A stretch of DNA of 64,000 nt from an uncultured virus (IMG/VR IMGVR_UViG_3300027782_000075) (Duplodnaviria > Heunggongvirae > Uroviricota > Caudoviricetes). The DNA is taken from the IMG/VR virus record IMGVR_UViG_3300027782_000075; one strand, given 5' to 3'. The stretch's first letter is position 1; every line of letters begins with the position of its first letter. Made by a program: the position numbers and the translations under genes. The notes under the pieces were generated by a model. It was not told the DNA's origin, did not search any database, and saw nothing but the letters and a program-made list of their open reading frames with translations. Of this stretch, positions 44,664 to 55,268 are shown in pieces.

Positions 44664-44862
44664 TGAAATTAAATCTTCCAATATAAAAAAAACTGAATAC
44701 GACACCGAAACCAAAAAACTCGTTATAGAATTTAATAATGGATTCAAATATGAGTACGATGATGTTCCACATCAGATTTACACTAAATTTAGAATGTCAG
44801 AGTCTCAAGGGAAGTTTTTTACCACTGACATATCCAAGGCCTACAAGTACAAGAAGTTGTAG
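44620..44862 (+). CDS. KTSC-domain protein
   Basis: SSNI....YD.....L.IEF.NG..Y.Y..VP......F..S.S.GKFF. Confidence 0.85.
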   Translation: MAIVKEQILGTKIINEIKSSNIKKTEYDTETKKLVIEFNNGFKYEYDDVPHQIYTKFRMSESQGKFFTTDISKAYKYKKL

Positions 44863-44873
44863 TATTTATATAA

Positions 44874-45617
44874 ATGAATAACTTCCAAAAAATTCTTAAT
44901 AGTTTTTCAGTACAGGAAACTCTCAACCCAAAAATTTGGCAGAATCCTGATGACCCTCAGAAATCAAAAATGATTCCTAAGGTGAAAAACGCATTGATGA
45001 GAATTGCGGAAGAATTTATTGAATATCTTGGAGAAGAAGTCTTTGTTGAAGATATTGTTTTGACTGGTTCATTAGCAAATTTTAATTGGTCTGAGTATTC
45101 AGATTTTGATTTACACATTATTGTTGATTTTCAACAATTCGAAGATGAGTCACCATTATATAAAGAACTATATAATCTAAAGAAACAAGTATTCAACGAC
45201 AAACACGATATCAAAATATTTGGATATGACGTTGAACTCTATGCTCAAGATAACGAGGAACCACATTTTGCAACAGGTGTCTATTCTGTGATGAACGATG
45301 AATGGGTGACAAAACCTAAAAAGTTAGAAAATGAAATCGACAAAGCAGTTTTGGAGAAGAAAATCAAAAACTGGACAGAAAAAATAGACAAAGTAATTGA
45401 GACCGATGAACCTGAAGATGATAAAAAGTTAATCGATTCAATTAAAGATAAATTGAAAGATTATAGAAAATCTGGATTAGAAAAGGAGGGGGAGCTCTCA
45501 TATGAAAACTTGGTTTTTAAGTTTTTAAGAAGGTCAGGGCATATTCAAAAATTATTTGATATTTCGAATAAAGCTCTCGATAAAGAGCTTTCTATCGAGA
45601 GAAAAATAGAAGACTGA
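44874..45617 (+). CDS. Pol-beta-superfamily nucleotidyltransferase-like protein
   Basis: TGSLANFNWSEYSDFDLH (GS...DxD) and VELY. Confidence 0.7.
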   Translation: MNNFQKILNSFSVQETLNPKIWQNPDDPQKSKMIPKVKNALMRIAEEFIEYLGEEVFVEDIVLTGSLANFNWSEYSDFDLHIIVDFQQFEDESPLYKELYNLKKQVFNDKHDIKIFGYDVELYAQDNEEPHFATGVYSVMNDEWVTKPKKLENEIDKAVLEKKIKNWTEKIDKVIETDEPEDDKKLIDSIKDKLKDYRKSGLEKEGELSYENLVFKFLRRSGHIQKLFDISNKALDKELSIERKIED

Positions 45618-45670
45618 TACTTAGAACTTAATAATTGTGAATAATCATATATTTATAAAGAAAAACTTAA

Positions 45671-47080
45671 ATGGCTTTTAATTATTATATTGCGTCTTCT
45701 TGTAACTCTTCCACAAATTTATATGTAAAGTCGGAGGAAAATCTTATTGTGGGTAAAATCTACGACTTAATCATCGAAGGTGGTGGGAACGGATGTTATT
45801 CAATTGATCCTGGTGTTGAAACACCATTGGCATTGACCGCAACAATTTTTAATGGACCATGGAATAATTGTCCTGAATGTTTGGGAGATATAACCCCAAC
45901 CCCAACGGCATCAAATACTCCAACACCAACTGTTACTACAACTAATACTCAAACTCCAACTAACACTGCAACAAAAACTCCAACACCTACGCCAACTAAT
46001 ACACAAACTGCGACACAAACTTCTACTCCTACAGTAACTCCAACTAATACTACAACTCCGACTGTAACTCCAACAAAAACAACAACTCCAACTAATACTA
46101 CAACTCCGACTGTAACTCCAACAAAAACAACAACTCCGACTGTTACTACAACTAATACTCAAACTCCAACTAACACTGCAACAAAAACTCCAACACCTAC
46201 GCCAACTAATACTACAACTCCGACTGTAACTCCAACAAAAACAACAACTCCGACTGTAACACCAACTAATACCTCTACTCCAACAGTTACTCCAACAAAT
46301 ACTGTCACACCAACAAAATCTCCTTTACCTTTCACTTATTATATTATAACTCCGTGTGCGGGTGGAGAAGCGTTCTATGCCAAATTTATAGGTAACCTCA
46401 TAAATAATAAAATTTATGATTTATCATTCGAAGACGCAAGTCATCAATGTTATACTGTTGTTGATGGATTTGAAACTCCATTAGCCCTAACAGTGACAAT
46501 TTTTAACGGTCCTTGGAATACTTGTGTCGAGTGTCTTGATGATATAACTCCAACACCAACGGCATCAAATACTCCAACACCAACTCTTACTCCAACTAAT
46601 ACTCAAACACCAACTAACACTGCTACAAAAACTCCAACACCTACGCCAACTAACACACAAACGCCAACTAATACTTCAACACAAACTCAAACACCAACTA
46701 ACACATCGTCGGCAACAAGAACACCGACACCAAGTGTAACGTCAACTCAAACACAGACACCAACAAATACCGCAACAAGAACTCCGACTCCGAGCATCAC
46801 TTCATCACCTACAGGAACAGCTGGACTGACACCTACACCAACAGGAACACCGGCATCGACTCCAACATCGACTCCAACACCAAGTGTAACTCCGTATCTT
46901 GTTATTGAAGTGAACCAACAATATGAATATACTCTTGGTATGTTGGGTTCATTTAGCGGAGGAACTGCACCGTCAGGTTCAACAGTTCCATATCAAGTCA
47001 TGACTAGTGAAGATGGGGATGAAGTAATTGTACAACTAAACGCAATTTCTTTAGGAGGATTTCAAGGATTAAATAATTAA
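45671..47080 (+). CDS. Pro/Thr-repeat protein with two Cys-containing modules
   Basis: KIYDL...CY...ETPLALT.TIFNGPWN.C.ECL.DITPTPT occurs twice; long TPT arrays. Confidence 0.8.
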   Translation: MAFNYYIASSCNSSTNLYVKSEENLIVGKIYDLIIEGGGNGCYSIDPGVETPLALTATIFNGPWNNCPECLGDITPTPTASNTPTPTVTTTNTQTPTNTATKTPTPTPTNTQTATQTSTPTVTPTNTTTPTVTPTKTTTPTNTTTPTVTPTKTTTPTVTTTNTQTPTNTATKTPTPTPTNTTTPTVTPTKTTTPTVTPTNTSTPTVTPTNTVTPTKSPLPFTYYIITPCAGGEAFYAKFIGNLINNKIYDLSFEDASHQCYTVVDGFETPLALTVTIFNGPWNTCVECLDDITPTPTASNTPTPTLTPTNTQTPTNTATKTPTPTPTNTQTPTNTSTQTQTPTNTSSATRTPTPSVTSTQTQTPTNTATRTPTPSITSSPTGTAGLTPTPTGTPASTPTSTPTPSVTPYLVIEVNQQYEYTLGMLGSFSGGTAPSGSTVPYQVMTSEDGDEVIVQLNAISLGGFQGLNN

Positions 47081-47110
47081 AAAAAACAAAAAATATAAAT
47101 AAATCATAAT

Positions 47111-48340
47111 ATGGGAGATTTGAAACCACTTGGCAGTGAAAAATTGACTGGACAAGACAAAATAAAAAGAATCATGGAAATTGCTCGTTTCAATGAAGTG
47201 ATACCAACAAATATTAATGAAACCGCAAAATCTGAATATTCAATTTCTTTAGCCGATGGTAATCGGTATGAAATCGTTAAGGAAAGACAGGGTTATATTA
47301 TTAAAAAAACCATTTCGGAATCTGAGACTGATTATATTGAGCCAATGAAAAATAGAAAATACTATTCTTCATATTCTCAAGCATTCAAAAGACTAAATTT
47401 AGTTGCCGGAGAGTTGAACAGAATAAACGAAAACGAAGAAGGAGTTTCTTTATACGGAGAACAAAAAAAGTTCACGTTAAAAACTCCTAAACCTGCTGAA
47501 GCTCCAGCGCCAGCGGCTGAAGTACCTGCAACTCCACCACCAGTTCCCGCTCCAGCATTACCTCCATCCCCAAGTGCAGAAATGCCTGCAGGTGATGATA
47601 TGGGTATGGGAGATATGGGTATGGAAGATATGGGTATGGCCCCTGAAGCGGAAGTTGAGGTTGACGCAACTATGGATGTTGAATCTCCTGAAACTGGTGA
47701 AGAAGAGACAGTAAGTTTCAGAACTATCCAAAAACTTACAGGTAAATTGACACAGAAAATCAGAACTTTGGATACACAAGAAGGAATGACTTCTGAAGAT
47801 ATTAAGTATGTAATCAACATGGTATTATCATCATTAGACCTTAAATCATTGTCTGAAGAGGATAAAGAAGACATCATGGGTAAGTTCGATGAAGAATCTG
47901 AAGACTTAAGTGGTGATGATATGGGTGGATTGGATATGACTGACGATAGTGAAGTTGAAGATATCCAAGCTGACATGGACGTTCCAGTGGAATCCGAAAT
48001 GGAAGAAGGTGGATATGGAAATGGAGCTATCATCGATAGTATTTTCGGAGAATCTACGGTTGACAAAGTAATCTCTAAGTATTTCGAAATATCTAAAAAA
48101 GAAATTCTTGAAAGTAAGGAAAAAAATTTACAAAAGAAAAAAAGTGTAATTTCTCAATCAAAAAAACAGATGGAAGAAGTTATTAGACTGAGTGAAACTA
48201 TTGAACAAGAATTAACGGCTAAAAAATTCTTAAATGAAAACTCCAACGCAAAAATTGTTGGACTTACAAATAAGAAAAATTTAGTGTTTGAGAATAAAGG
48301 AAAACAGATTAAAATATCACCTGAAGGATTATTAGTATGA
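47111..48340 (+). CDS. Hypothetical head-module protein
   Basis: 409-aa ORF; acidic linker and I-x-E motifs. Confidence 0.7.
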   Translation: MGDLKPLGSEKLTGQDKIKRIMEIARFNEVIPTNINETAKSEYSISLADGNRYEIVKERQGYIIKKTISESETDYIEPMKNRKYYSSYSQAFKRLNLVAGELNRINENEEGVSLYGEQKKFTLKTPKPAEAPAPAAEVPATPPPVPAPALPPSPSAEMPAGDDMGMGDMGMEDMGMAPEAEVEVDATMDVESPETGEEETVSFRTIQKLTGKLTQKIRTLDTQEGMTSEDIKYVINMVLSSLDLKSLSEEDKEDIMGKFDEESEDLSGDDMGGLDMTDDSEVEDIQADMDVPVESEMEEGGYGNGAIIDSIFGESTVDKVISKYFEISKKEILESKEKNLQKKKSVISQSKKQMEEVIRLSETIEQELTAKKFLNENSNAKIVGLTNKKNLVFENKGKQIKISPEGLLV

Positions 48341-48732
48341 GCAATTTGATATACGTAAATGGTTTAGGACCCAACTATAAGGGAGACAATCTTTACGAAT
48401 TCATTTTCTCTGATAGTCTTGATGTTTGGGGAGATTCTTGGGAAAGTAGACCGGCTAACGGTTATCCAAGTCCTCCCGAATTACATCATATTAAAAAAGT
48501 AGGAGTTCTGAGAAATACTGATGTAAAATTGGAATTGATTCAGAACTCCGATTTTTTTTCTATGGAAGATGCAATTGACGATGTGGTCGCATTAGCCTGG
48601 GAAACAGACGAAGATGGAAATCATAAAAGAATGGTTTTTAGATTTGGAATGTCCGAACAACAAATAAAAGACAAACTCTACGAAAGAGATTTGATATTAG
48701 AATTCGAAAAAAAAGTAGTTTATGAAAGTTAA
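48337..48732 (+). CDS. Hypothetical protein
   Basis: ORF overlapping both neighbours. Confidence 0.7.
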   Translation: MSNLIYVNGLGPNYKGDNLYEFIFSDSLDVWGDSWESRPANGYPSPPELHHIKKVGVLRNTDVKLELIQNSDFFSMEDAIDDVVALAWETDEDGNHKRMVFRFGMSEQQIKDKLYERDLILEFEKKVVYES

Positions 48733-49564
48733 TAAAAAAGCACTTGAATTAATCGATAAAGGATTATCCGCAAATACTGTTAAAAAATTAACAGAATCTC
48801 AAATTAACATTCTTCATTCCAAACTATTCAATGAAGCAGTTACAACTACCACAACTACATCATATAACATATCGACTGATGATGTAAAAAAAGGTGTAAC
48901 ATTACCAGAGGTACCTGGGAAAAAAATGACAATTCAACAAACTCAAACAGGAATAAAGGCTACTCCAACTGAAGAAGTAAAAGAAACTGATGAGGTTGAA
49001 GTAACCTCCGACCCAAACAAGGAAACTGAAACTCAAGACCCAAAACAAGTGGGACCATCATCAGATGATGGATTTGGTGATGAAACTGATGGAATGGGTA
49101 TGTTTGAAAGTGAAGCAGACCTTAAGCCAGGACAACCAAATCCATGGGCAATATGTCATGCTCAGGTTGGGCCTAAAAAAACAAGAAAATTTGAAAGATG
49201 CGTAAAATCAGTAAAAAAACAGTTGGAAGAAGGAAAAAATCCTGTATCTTTGTTTATAGAATCTGAAATTACTAAAATCGTGGAAAGAAACATACTACCG
49301 AGAATTACGAAAGGTGACTTATTGAAATATCTTTCAGAGGCATCTCATACCAAAATGAAGAAGGATACTGTAGAAGCAGCGGAACCAACTATTGCTCCGT
49401 CTAAACCAATTACTAAACCTGACACAAAACCAAGAACGAGACCATCTCACCCTGGCAAAAATCCATTCCCTGGTGAAAAAGAAGCTCCGAGAGCTGGTAA
49501 AGTTTCGCCTGATGAAGCTAAGGACAAATTAATTGATGTGATATTAAATTTACTAAAAAAATAA
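48722..49564 (+). CDS. Hypothetical head-module protein
   Basis: NPWAIC...KFERCV motif. Confidence 0.7.
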   Translation: MKVNKKALELIDKGLSANTVKKLTESQINILHSKLFNEAVTTTTTTSYNISTDDVKKGVTLPEVPGKKMTIQQTQTGIKATPTEEVKETDEVEVTSDPNKETETQDPKQVGPSSDDGFGDETDGMGMFESEADLKPGQPNPWAICHAQVGPKKTRKFERCVKSVKKQLEEGKNPVSLFIESEITKIVERNILPRITKGDLLKYLSEASHTKMKKDTVEAAEPTIAPSKPITKPDTKPRTRPSHPGKNPFPGEKEAPRAGKVSPDEAKDKLIDVILNLLKK

Positions 49565-49566
49565 TC

Positions 49567-50898
49567 ATGGCTAAGAAATTAAAAGAACAAATAGATTACG
49601 GAAATACTCCTGAAAGAATGGACCCTAATCTTGAAAGAAAATTAGGAGATCCTGAAAGTCTATATGCTCAGAACCCTGCAATGAAAAAAGGAGCTGAAGA
49701 TGTTCAGAGGTTAGTTAGCCAAAGATTTCAGAAAGTTGCGGACAAACTGAGACAAGTTACCGGAATTGGAAATCTTAACTCCAAACAAGTTCAAGGAATG
49801 ATTTATCAGGAAATGATGAGTAAACTTCCAAGAATTATGTCAATCGAAGCCCGCCATAAAGATGAATTAATTCAATTAGCAATTGACGCTAGTTTGGAGG
49901 AGGGTGAGGTTCCTGAAAACACCTATCAGATTGAAGGATTTTTAGGTGAAAGTATTGACGCTTCGAATTTTAGATATCAACCTGACGAAGAAGAGGACGA
50001 AGAAGAAGAGGATGACGAAGATGAAAAAATGAGTATCCCTTCTTTTGATGTCGAAGATTTAACCGATGAAGAAGAATTAGAATTAGAAAAACACAAAAGA
50101 AATATAATTAACGCTATCATTCAAGGAGCGGCAAAAAAAGGACATTACCTTTTTCAGAAGCCCAATGTGAAGGCAAGATTAGATGCAATTGACCCATCAC
50201 TATATCCAAGTTATTTGGGTATAATGGCAATAAACGACTTTATGTACTTCACCATGGAACAGATGATTGAAATGATGAGTCAGACCGGTCAAGGTGTCGC
50301 AGGTAAAATGTCATTAGAAGATGCTGATGATGAAGGTGGAGAAGGTGATGATGATGCCCCCGACACAAAAATTGTTGCAGAAGGAATGATTTTTCCAATT
50401 TTGTGCCATGAGATTATCAAAGGATTAGAGGCGGTTAAAGGTAGATACGGACAATCACAAAATCCAAGTATCAGACAAAAAGTGAAAGGTGCCGTGGATT
50501 TGTTATCAAACGAACCAATGCAACTTAGAATCGGTCCTGAAATTGTAGAAAAAATTAGACTTGCATTACCTGATGAGATGTTCTCTGAGTCAAATAAGGG
50601 ATTAATCAATTGGTTTCATATTTCATTATATCAGTTAGCCGCTCAAGAATTTTTACAACTTATGGGAGATGTTATCTCTGCAGATGGATCTAAAGTCAAA
50701 AGAGCGACTTCAAGATTTAGGGAAATTATGAAAGAAGCGATGCAACTTAAGGCGGAATATGACGAGTATGTTGCCAGCAAAGAAGAGGAAGAAATGGGAG
50801 ATTTCTTAGGAAGTTTAGGGCCTAATGAACCTGATGATGACGATGACGATTTTCTCGATGATTTCTTAGGTAGTATGAACATATCAAGACCTAAATAA
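49567..50898 (+). CDS. Hypothetical acidic protein upstream of terminase
   Basis: 443-aa ORF. Confidence 0.7.
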   Translation: MAKKLKEQIDYGNTPERMDPNLERKLGDPESLYAQNPAMKKGAEDVQRLVSQRFQKVADKLRQVTGIGNLNSKQVQGMIYQEMMSKLPRIMSIEARHKDELIQLAIDASLEEGEVPENTYQIEGFLGESIDASNFRYQPDEEEDEEEEDDEDEKMSIPSFDVEDLTDEEELELEKHKRNIINAIIQGAAKKGHYLFQKPNVKARLDAIDPSLYPSYLGIMAINDFMYFTMEQMIEMMSQTGQGVAGKMSLEDADDEGGEGDDDAPDTKIVAEGMIFPILCHEIIKGLEAVKGRYGQSQNPSIRQKVKGAVDLLSNEPMQLRIGPEIVEKIRLALPDEMFSESNKGLINWFHISLYQLAAQEFLQLMGDVISADGSKVKRATSRFREIMKEAMQLKAEYDEYVASKEEEEMGDFLGSLGPNEPDDDDDDFLDDFLGSMNISRPK

Positions 50899-50906
50899 TT
50901 CAGTGT

Positions 50907-52667
50907 GTGAACAAAGAACAATTAATTATAGAATATACGAAGTGTATGAGGAGTACTCCTTATGCACTTCGTTCTTATTTACAGACATACGATAATACAG
51001 TATCAAAGTATGTCCCATTAGAACTTTTTCCTGACCAAGTTTCACTACTTGAAGATTACGAAAGCTACAACGAAAACATTGCATTAAAATACAGACAAGC
51101 GGGGGTTTCAACTGTAACCGCGGCTTGGGCGTCAAAAAAACTTGCGTTTGCAAGAAAGGAAAAACCTGAAAAAGTTCTAATCATCGCCAACAAGTTGGAT
51201 ACTTCTGTGGAAATGGCCAACAAAATAAGGGCATTTATTGAACAATGGCCTGATTGGGTTGATATAAGATTCTCTGTGGAAAAAAACTCCCAAAGACATT
51301 TCAAACTAAATAATGGATGTGAAGTTAAAGCGGTGGCAACATCCAAAGATGCTCTTAGAGGTTATACACCAACAATTCTTATTTTTGACGAAGCCGCCTT
51401 TATCGAGGCAGATGGAGACTTTTGGTCTGCTTGTATGGCTTCACTATCCACGGGTGGTAAAGTTATTGTAGTTTCCACACCAAACGGTTACGACCCAATC
51501 TATTATGAAATATATGACCAAGCATTAAGAGGAATGAATGATTTCAAAATCTCTGAAATGTTTTGGTATCGAGACCCTCGTTATACCAAAGATTTGTACA
51601 TGGTAAAGACAAATGATTTGGTTCATTATCTTTTGAATCGAGAAGATTATCCAATAGATACCGTAATTAACTTATCCAATAATAATCCTTATGATAGAGA
51701 CCATACTATTGTAACAGATTATATTTCCCAAGGATATAAACCTTGTTCTGCATGGTTTGAGGGAATGGTAAAAAAGCTCAAGTACGATAGACGTAAAGTT
51801 GCTCAAGAACTTGAATGTAACTTCTTAGGATCGGGTGATAACGTATTCGATTCAGATCTAATGCAGAACATTTCCAAAAACCAATTAAGACCTCCACAAG
51901 CTAAACTTATGGGTAACGCTCTGTGGATTTTTAAGGAACCTGTAAATGGACATAAATATGTTATGGGGGTTGACGTTTCTCGTGGTGACTCTGAGGATTT
52001 TTCATCAATCCAAATTATTGATTTTGATGAACGGGAACAAGTATTAGAATATGTTGGTAAAATCCCTCCCGATGTTTTAGCAGAAATTGCTTATAAGTGG
52101 GGGACAATGTACAATGCATTCTGTGTAATTGATATTACAGGAGGTATGGGAGTTTCAACCGCCAGAAAAATGCAAGAATTACAATATCAACCCGGATTGT
52201 ATGTTGATGGAGTCGATACTTCTAACAAATGGAAGTGGGACCCGAAAATAAATGAAAAAATTCCTGGTATCAACTTCAACACAAAAAGAGTTCAAATTAT
52301 AGCCGCATTTGAAGAGGGGGTTAGACACGGATTTAAGATATATTCACATAGAACGTATAATGAGATGAATACCTTTGTATATATTCATGGAAGACCTGAT
52401 CACCAAAAAGGACAACATGATGATTGTATCATGGGTCTTTCCATGGCAATTTATGTTGCAGAGAAGTCATTTCAGTCATTAACAAAAGTTGTTAACCACA
52501 CAAAAGCCATGTTGAATTCGTGGTCTACTGTGATGAATGAAAATAAAAATACTTCAGATTTTTTTAATCCATTGGTACCTCAGATGGGAAGAGACTCCAA
52601 CTTGAGTAATAATGGGGCATCCAAAGCGGATTACCAAAAATATGGTTGGTTATTTGGTGCTAAATAA
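50907..52667 (+). CDS. Terminase large subunit (T4 gp17-like)
   Basis: Motifs KYRQAGVST, IFDEAAF, VSTPNG, QELECNF, GVDVSRG and HDDC. Confidence 0.93.
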   Translation: MNKEQLIIEYTKCMRSTPYALRSYLQTYDNTVSKYVPLELFPDQVSLLEDYESYNENIALKYRQAGVSTVTAAWASKKLAFARKEKPEKVLIIANKLDTSVEMANKIRAFIEQWPDWVDIRFSVEKNSQRHFKLNNGCEVKAVATSKDALRGYTPTILIFDEAAFIEADGDFWSACMASLSTGGKVIVVSTPNGYDPIYYEIYDQALRGMNDFKISEMFWYRDPRYTKDLYMVKTNDLVHYLLNREDYPIDTVINLSNNNPYDRDHTIVTDYISQGYKPCSAWFEGMVKKLKYDRRKVAQELECNFLGSGDNVFDSDLMQNISKNQLRPPQAKLMGNALWIFKEPVNGHKYVMGVDVSRGDSEDFSSIQIIDFDEREQVLEYVGKIPPDVLAEIAYKWGTMYNAFCVIDITGGMGVSTARKMQELQYQPGLYVDGVDTSNKWKWDPKINEKIPGINFNTKRVQIIAAFEEGVRHGFKIYSHRTYNEMNTFVYIHGRPDHQKGQHDDCIMGLSMAIYVAEKSFQSLTKVVNHTKAMLNSWSTVMNENKNTSDFFNPLVPQMGRDSNLSNNGASKADYQKYGWLFGAK

Positions 52668-52668
52668 C

Positions 52669-52675
52669 TATTTAT
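52669..52675 (+). promoter_or_regulatory. Putative late promoter TATTTAT (also 5155, 11391, 19306, 22252, 45650, 56008, 57052, 60516)
   Basis: Recurs shortly upstream of structural gene starts, on the coding strand in both orientations. Confidence 0.6.
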
Positions 52676-52703
52676 ATTACTGAGGTAAAGAGTAAATTAG
52701 ATT

Positions 52704-54548
52704 ATGGCAGAACAAAATATGACGGTTTGGCAAAGACTGTCACAAACATTTGGACCTAACTCATTATTAAATCAAGACTATCCAACATTCAAGTTTGATA
52801 AAAAGGAACTCCTACGCACAAAAAGTAGAGAGGAGTATGAGAAAGAAAAACTTCAAGCACAACAAACATATTATCTTACCAATCAGTGGTCTAAGGTTGA
52901 AAATAACCTTTATTCTCAGGCGATTTATTATGAACCTACAAGGTTATCTGCTCAGTATGACTACGAATCAATGGAATACACTCCTGAGATTTCCGCAGCA
53001 TTAGACATTTATGCCGAAGAGTCAACTACAACAAATGAGGACGGTTTCATATTACAAATTTATTCAGAATCTAAAAGAATTAAGGGAGTTCTTGCCGATT
53101 TATTTAACAATGCTTTAGACATCAACACCAATTTACCTATGTGGACAAGAAACACATGTAAATATGGTGATAACTTTGTATATCTGAAATTAGACCCTGA
53201 AAAAGGAATTGTTGGGGTACAACAATTACCGACTATTGAAATTGAAAGACATGAGGTTGGAGCAAGTGGTAAAATATCTGTCGATGTAAAAAATGAAGTA
53301 GATAAAGATAAAAAGGCGTTACACTTCACATGGAAAAATAAAAATATGGAATTCCAATCTTGGGAAATTGCTCACTTCAGATTATTAGGTGATGACAGAA
53401 AACTTCCATATGGAACTTCCATGTTAGAAAAAGCAAGACGTATTTGGAAACAACTTTTACTATCAGAAGATGCGATGTTAATTTATCGTACATCAAGAGC
53501 CCCTGAGAGAAGAATGTTCAAAGTATTCGTTGGAAACATGAATGATGACGATGTTGAGGCTTATGTACAACGTGTTGCCAACAAGTTCAAAAGAGAACAA
53601 ATTGTTGATAGTAAAACAGGTAACGTAGATATGAGATTCAATCAAATGGCGGTTGACCAAGATTATTTTATTCCTGTAAGAGACCCCGCAGCGCCAGACC
53701 CAATCTCAACATTACCTGGAGCAACTAACTTATCTGAAATTGCCGATATTGAATATATCCAAAAGAAATTGTTAACCGCCCTCCGAGTACCAAAGGCTTT
53801 CTTAGGATTTGAAGAAGTTGTTGGTGATGGTAAAAATTTGGCGTTACAAGATATACGATTTGCTCGTACCATCAACAGAATTCAAAAGAGTATGATTGCC
53901 GAATTGAATAAAATTGCAATTGTACATTTATTTTTATTAGGATTTGAAGACGAACTTTCAAATTTCACAATTGGATTAACAAATCCATCTACTCAAGCGG
54001 ATTTACTTAAAATTGATGTTTGGAAAGAGAAAGTATTATTGTATAAAGATTTGGTTTCTGATCCAGGAAATGGAATTCAGGCAACTTCATCTACATGGGC
54101 TAAGAAGCATATTTTTGGATGGTCAGATGACGAAGTTCGTTTGGACTTACAACAACAAAGAATTGAAAGAGCCGTTGGAGAAGAATTAAAAGCGACTCCA
54201 ACTGTTATAACAAAAACTGGATTGTTTGATAATATTGACAAATTATATGGTAGCCAAACAGGGTCAACACCAACGGCAGGAGCTTCTACGACAATGGACG
54301 GAGGAGAGGAATTAGGATCTCCACCATCATTTGGAGGAGGTGGTGGTGAGATACCTGGAGGAGAACCCGAGTTACCTCCAGCAGGTGAAGCTCCTCCCGC
54401 CGAAATAACACCAGAATCAAGGAAAAAAGATCTAAATATTTTAGTGGAAAATAATTTAATTGAAGGGTCTCGAATAATAAATTTGGGTCAGGGACAAGAT
54501 TCTTTAGGAGAAATTTCAAAACACTTAGATAAGTTATTAAATTCATAA
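52704..54548 (+). CDS. Portal protein (T4 gp20-like)
   Basis: LSEDAMLIYRTSRAPERRMF, DYFIPVR, TLPGATNL, IEYIQKKL..ALRVP. Confidence 0.93.
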   Translation: MAEQNMTVWQRLSQTFGPNSLLNQDYPTFKFDKKELLRTKSREEYEKEKLQAQQTYYLTNQWSKVENNLYSQAIYYEPTRLSAQYDYESMEYTPEISAALDIYAEESTTTNEDGFILQIYSESKRIKGVLADLFNNALDINTNLPMWTRNTCKYGDNFVYLKLDPEKGIVGVQQLPTIEIERHEVGASGKISVDVKNEVDKDKKALHFTWKNKNMEFQSWEIAHFRLLGDDRKLPYGTSMLEKARRIWKQLLLSEDAMLIYRTSRAPERRMFKVFVGNMNDDDVEAYVQRVANKFKREQIVDSKTGNVDMRFNQMAVDQDYFIPVRDPAAPDPISTLPGATNLSEIADIEYIQKKLLTALRVPKAFLGFEEVVGDGKNLALQDIRFARTINRIQKSMIAELNKIAIVHLFLLGFEDELSNFTIGLTNPSTQADLLKIDVWKEKVLLYKDLVSDPGNGIQATSSTWAKKHIFGWSDDEVRLDLQQQRIERAVGEELKATPTVITKTGLFDNIDKLYGSQTGSTPTAGASTTMDGGEELGSPPSFGGGGGEIPGGEPELPPAGEAPPAEITPESRKKDLNILVENNLIEGSRIINLGQGQDSLGEISKHLDKLLNS

Positions 54549-54569
54549 TATTTATTTGAAAAAGACACA

Positions 54570-55268
54570 ATGACCTTCGGAATAGTAAAATCCCTAATAG
54601 AAAAAAATCTCTTGGAATCATACAAAAATGAAATGGAATTCAAGAAGACTTTACGAGAATTCAAACACAACGTTTTGAATAATAAAGCTATGTCTAAAGC
54701 GTACGACATTTATAGTCAACTGAGTTCACCTCAAGGTTTAGGTGAACAAGATGCAAAAGATTTTATTGAAGAAGGGATTTCTTTATTAAACAAAATTTTA
54801 CCAAGTATTAAACTTCCAATTACTCTTTCCGAAAAAACTGAAAACAATTATACCGAAATTGATACATTAGTTTATAACCAAGGTGTTAATTTACTTGAAA
54901 GATTAAATGCGAAGAAAAATATTTTGAAGGTGGTTACATCAACTAAAGAAACAATTAAAGAAAATATTAATATTCCGATTAGTTCTATGGTTACCATAGC
55001 AAACCAAACAGTTAATAACTACATACTTAGTTTAGATGAAAATTCTAAAAAAGAATTTTTTCAAATAGTTTCTGAAGATGTCAAAACTTTGGAAGCAAAA
55101 TTTGAAACAATTAAGGAAAGTGCAATATCTAAATTGACGGAACTCCAAAATAGTGAAGATTCGCAAGATATTAAAACAAAAATTTCAGAAACAATCGATA
55201 AAGTTAAGTCTGAAAAGTTTGACCAATTGAATTTTTTGAAATTAAAAAATTTGGAAGAATCAATTTGA
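54570..55268 (+). CDS. Hypothetical head-module protein
   Basis: 232-aa ORF. Confidence 0.7.
   Translation: MTFGIVKSLIEKNLLESYKNEMEFKKTLREFKHNVLNNKAMSKAYDIYSQLSSPQGLGEQDAKDFIEEGISLLNKILPSIKLPITLSEKTENNYTEIDTLVYNQGVNLLERLNAKKNILKVVTSTKETIKENINIPISSMVTIANQTVNNYILSLDENSKKEFFQIVSEDVKTLEAKFETIKESAISKLTELQNSEDSQDIKTKISETIDKVKSEKFDQLNFLKLKNLEESI

Noticed and set aside
49567..50898. Terminase small subunit
   Set aside because: The position fits, but the size and sequence give no recognisable support.
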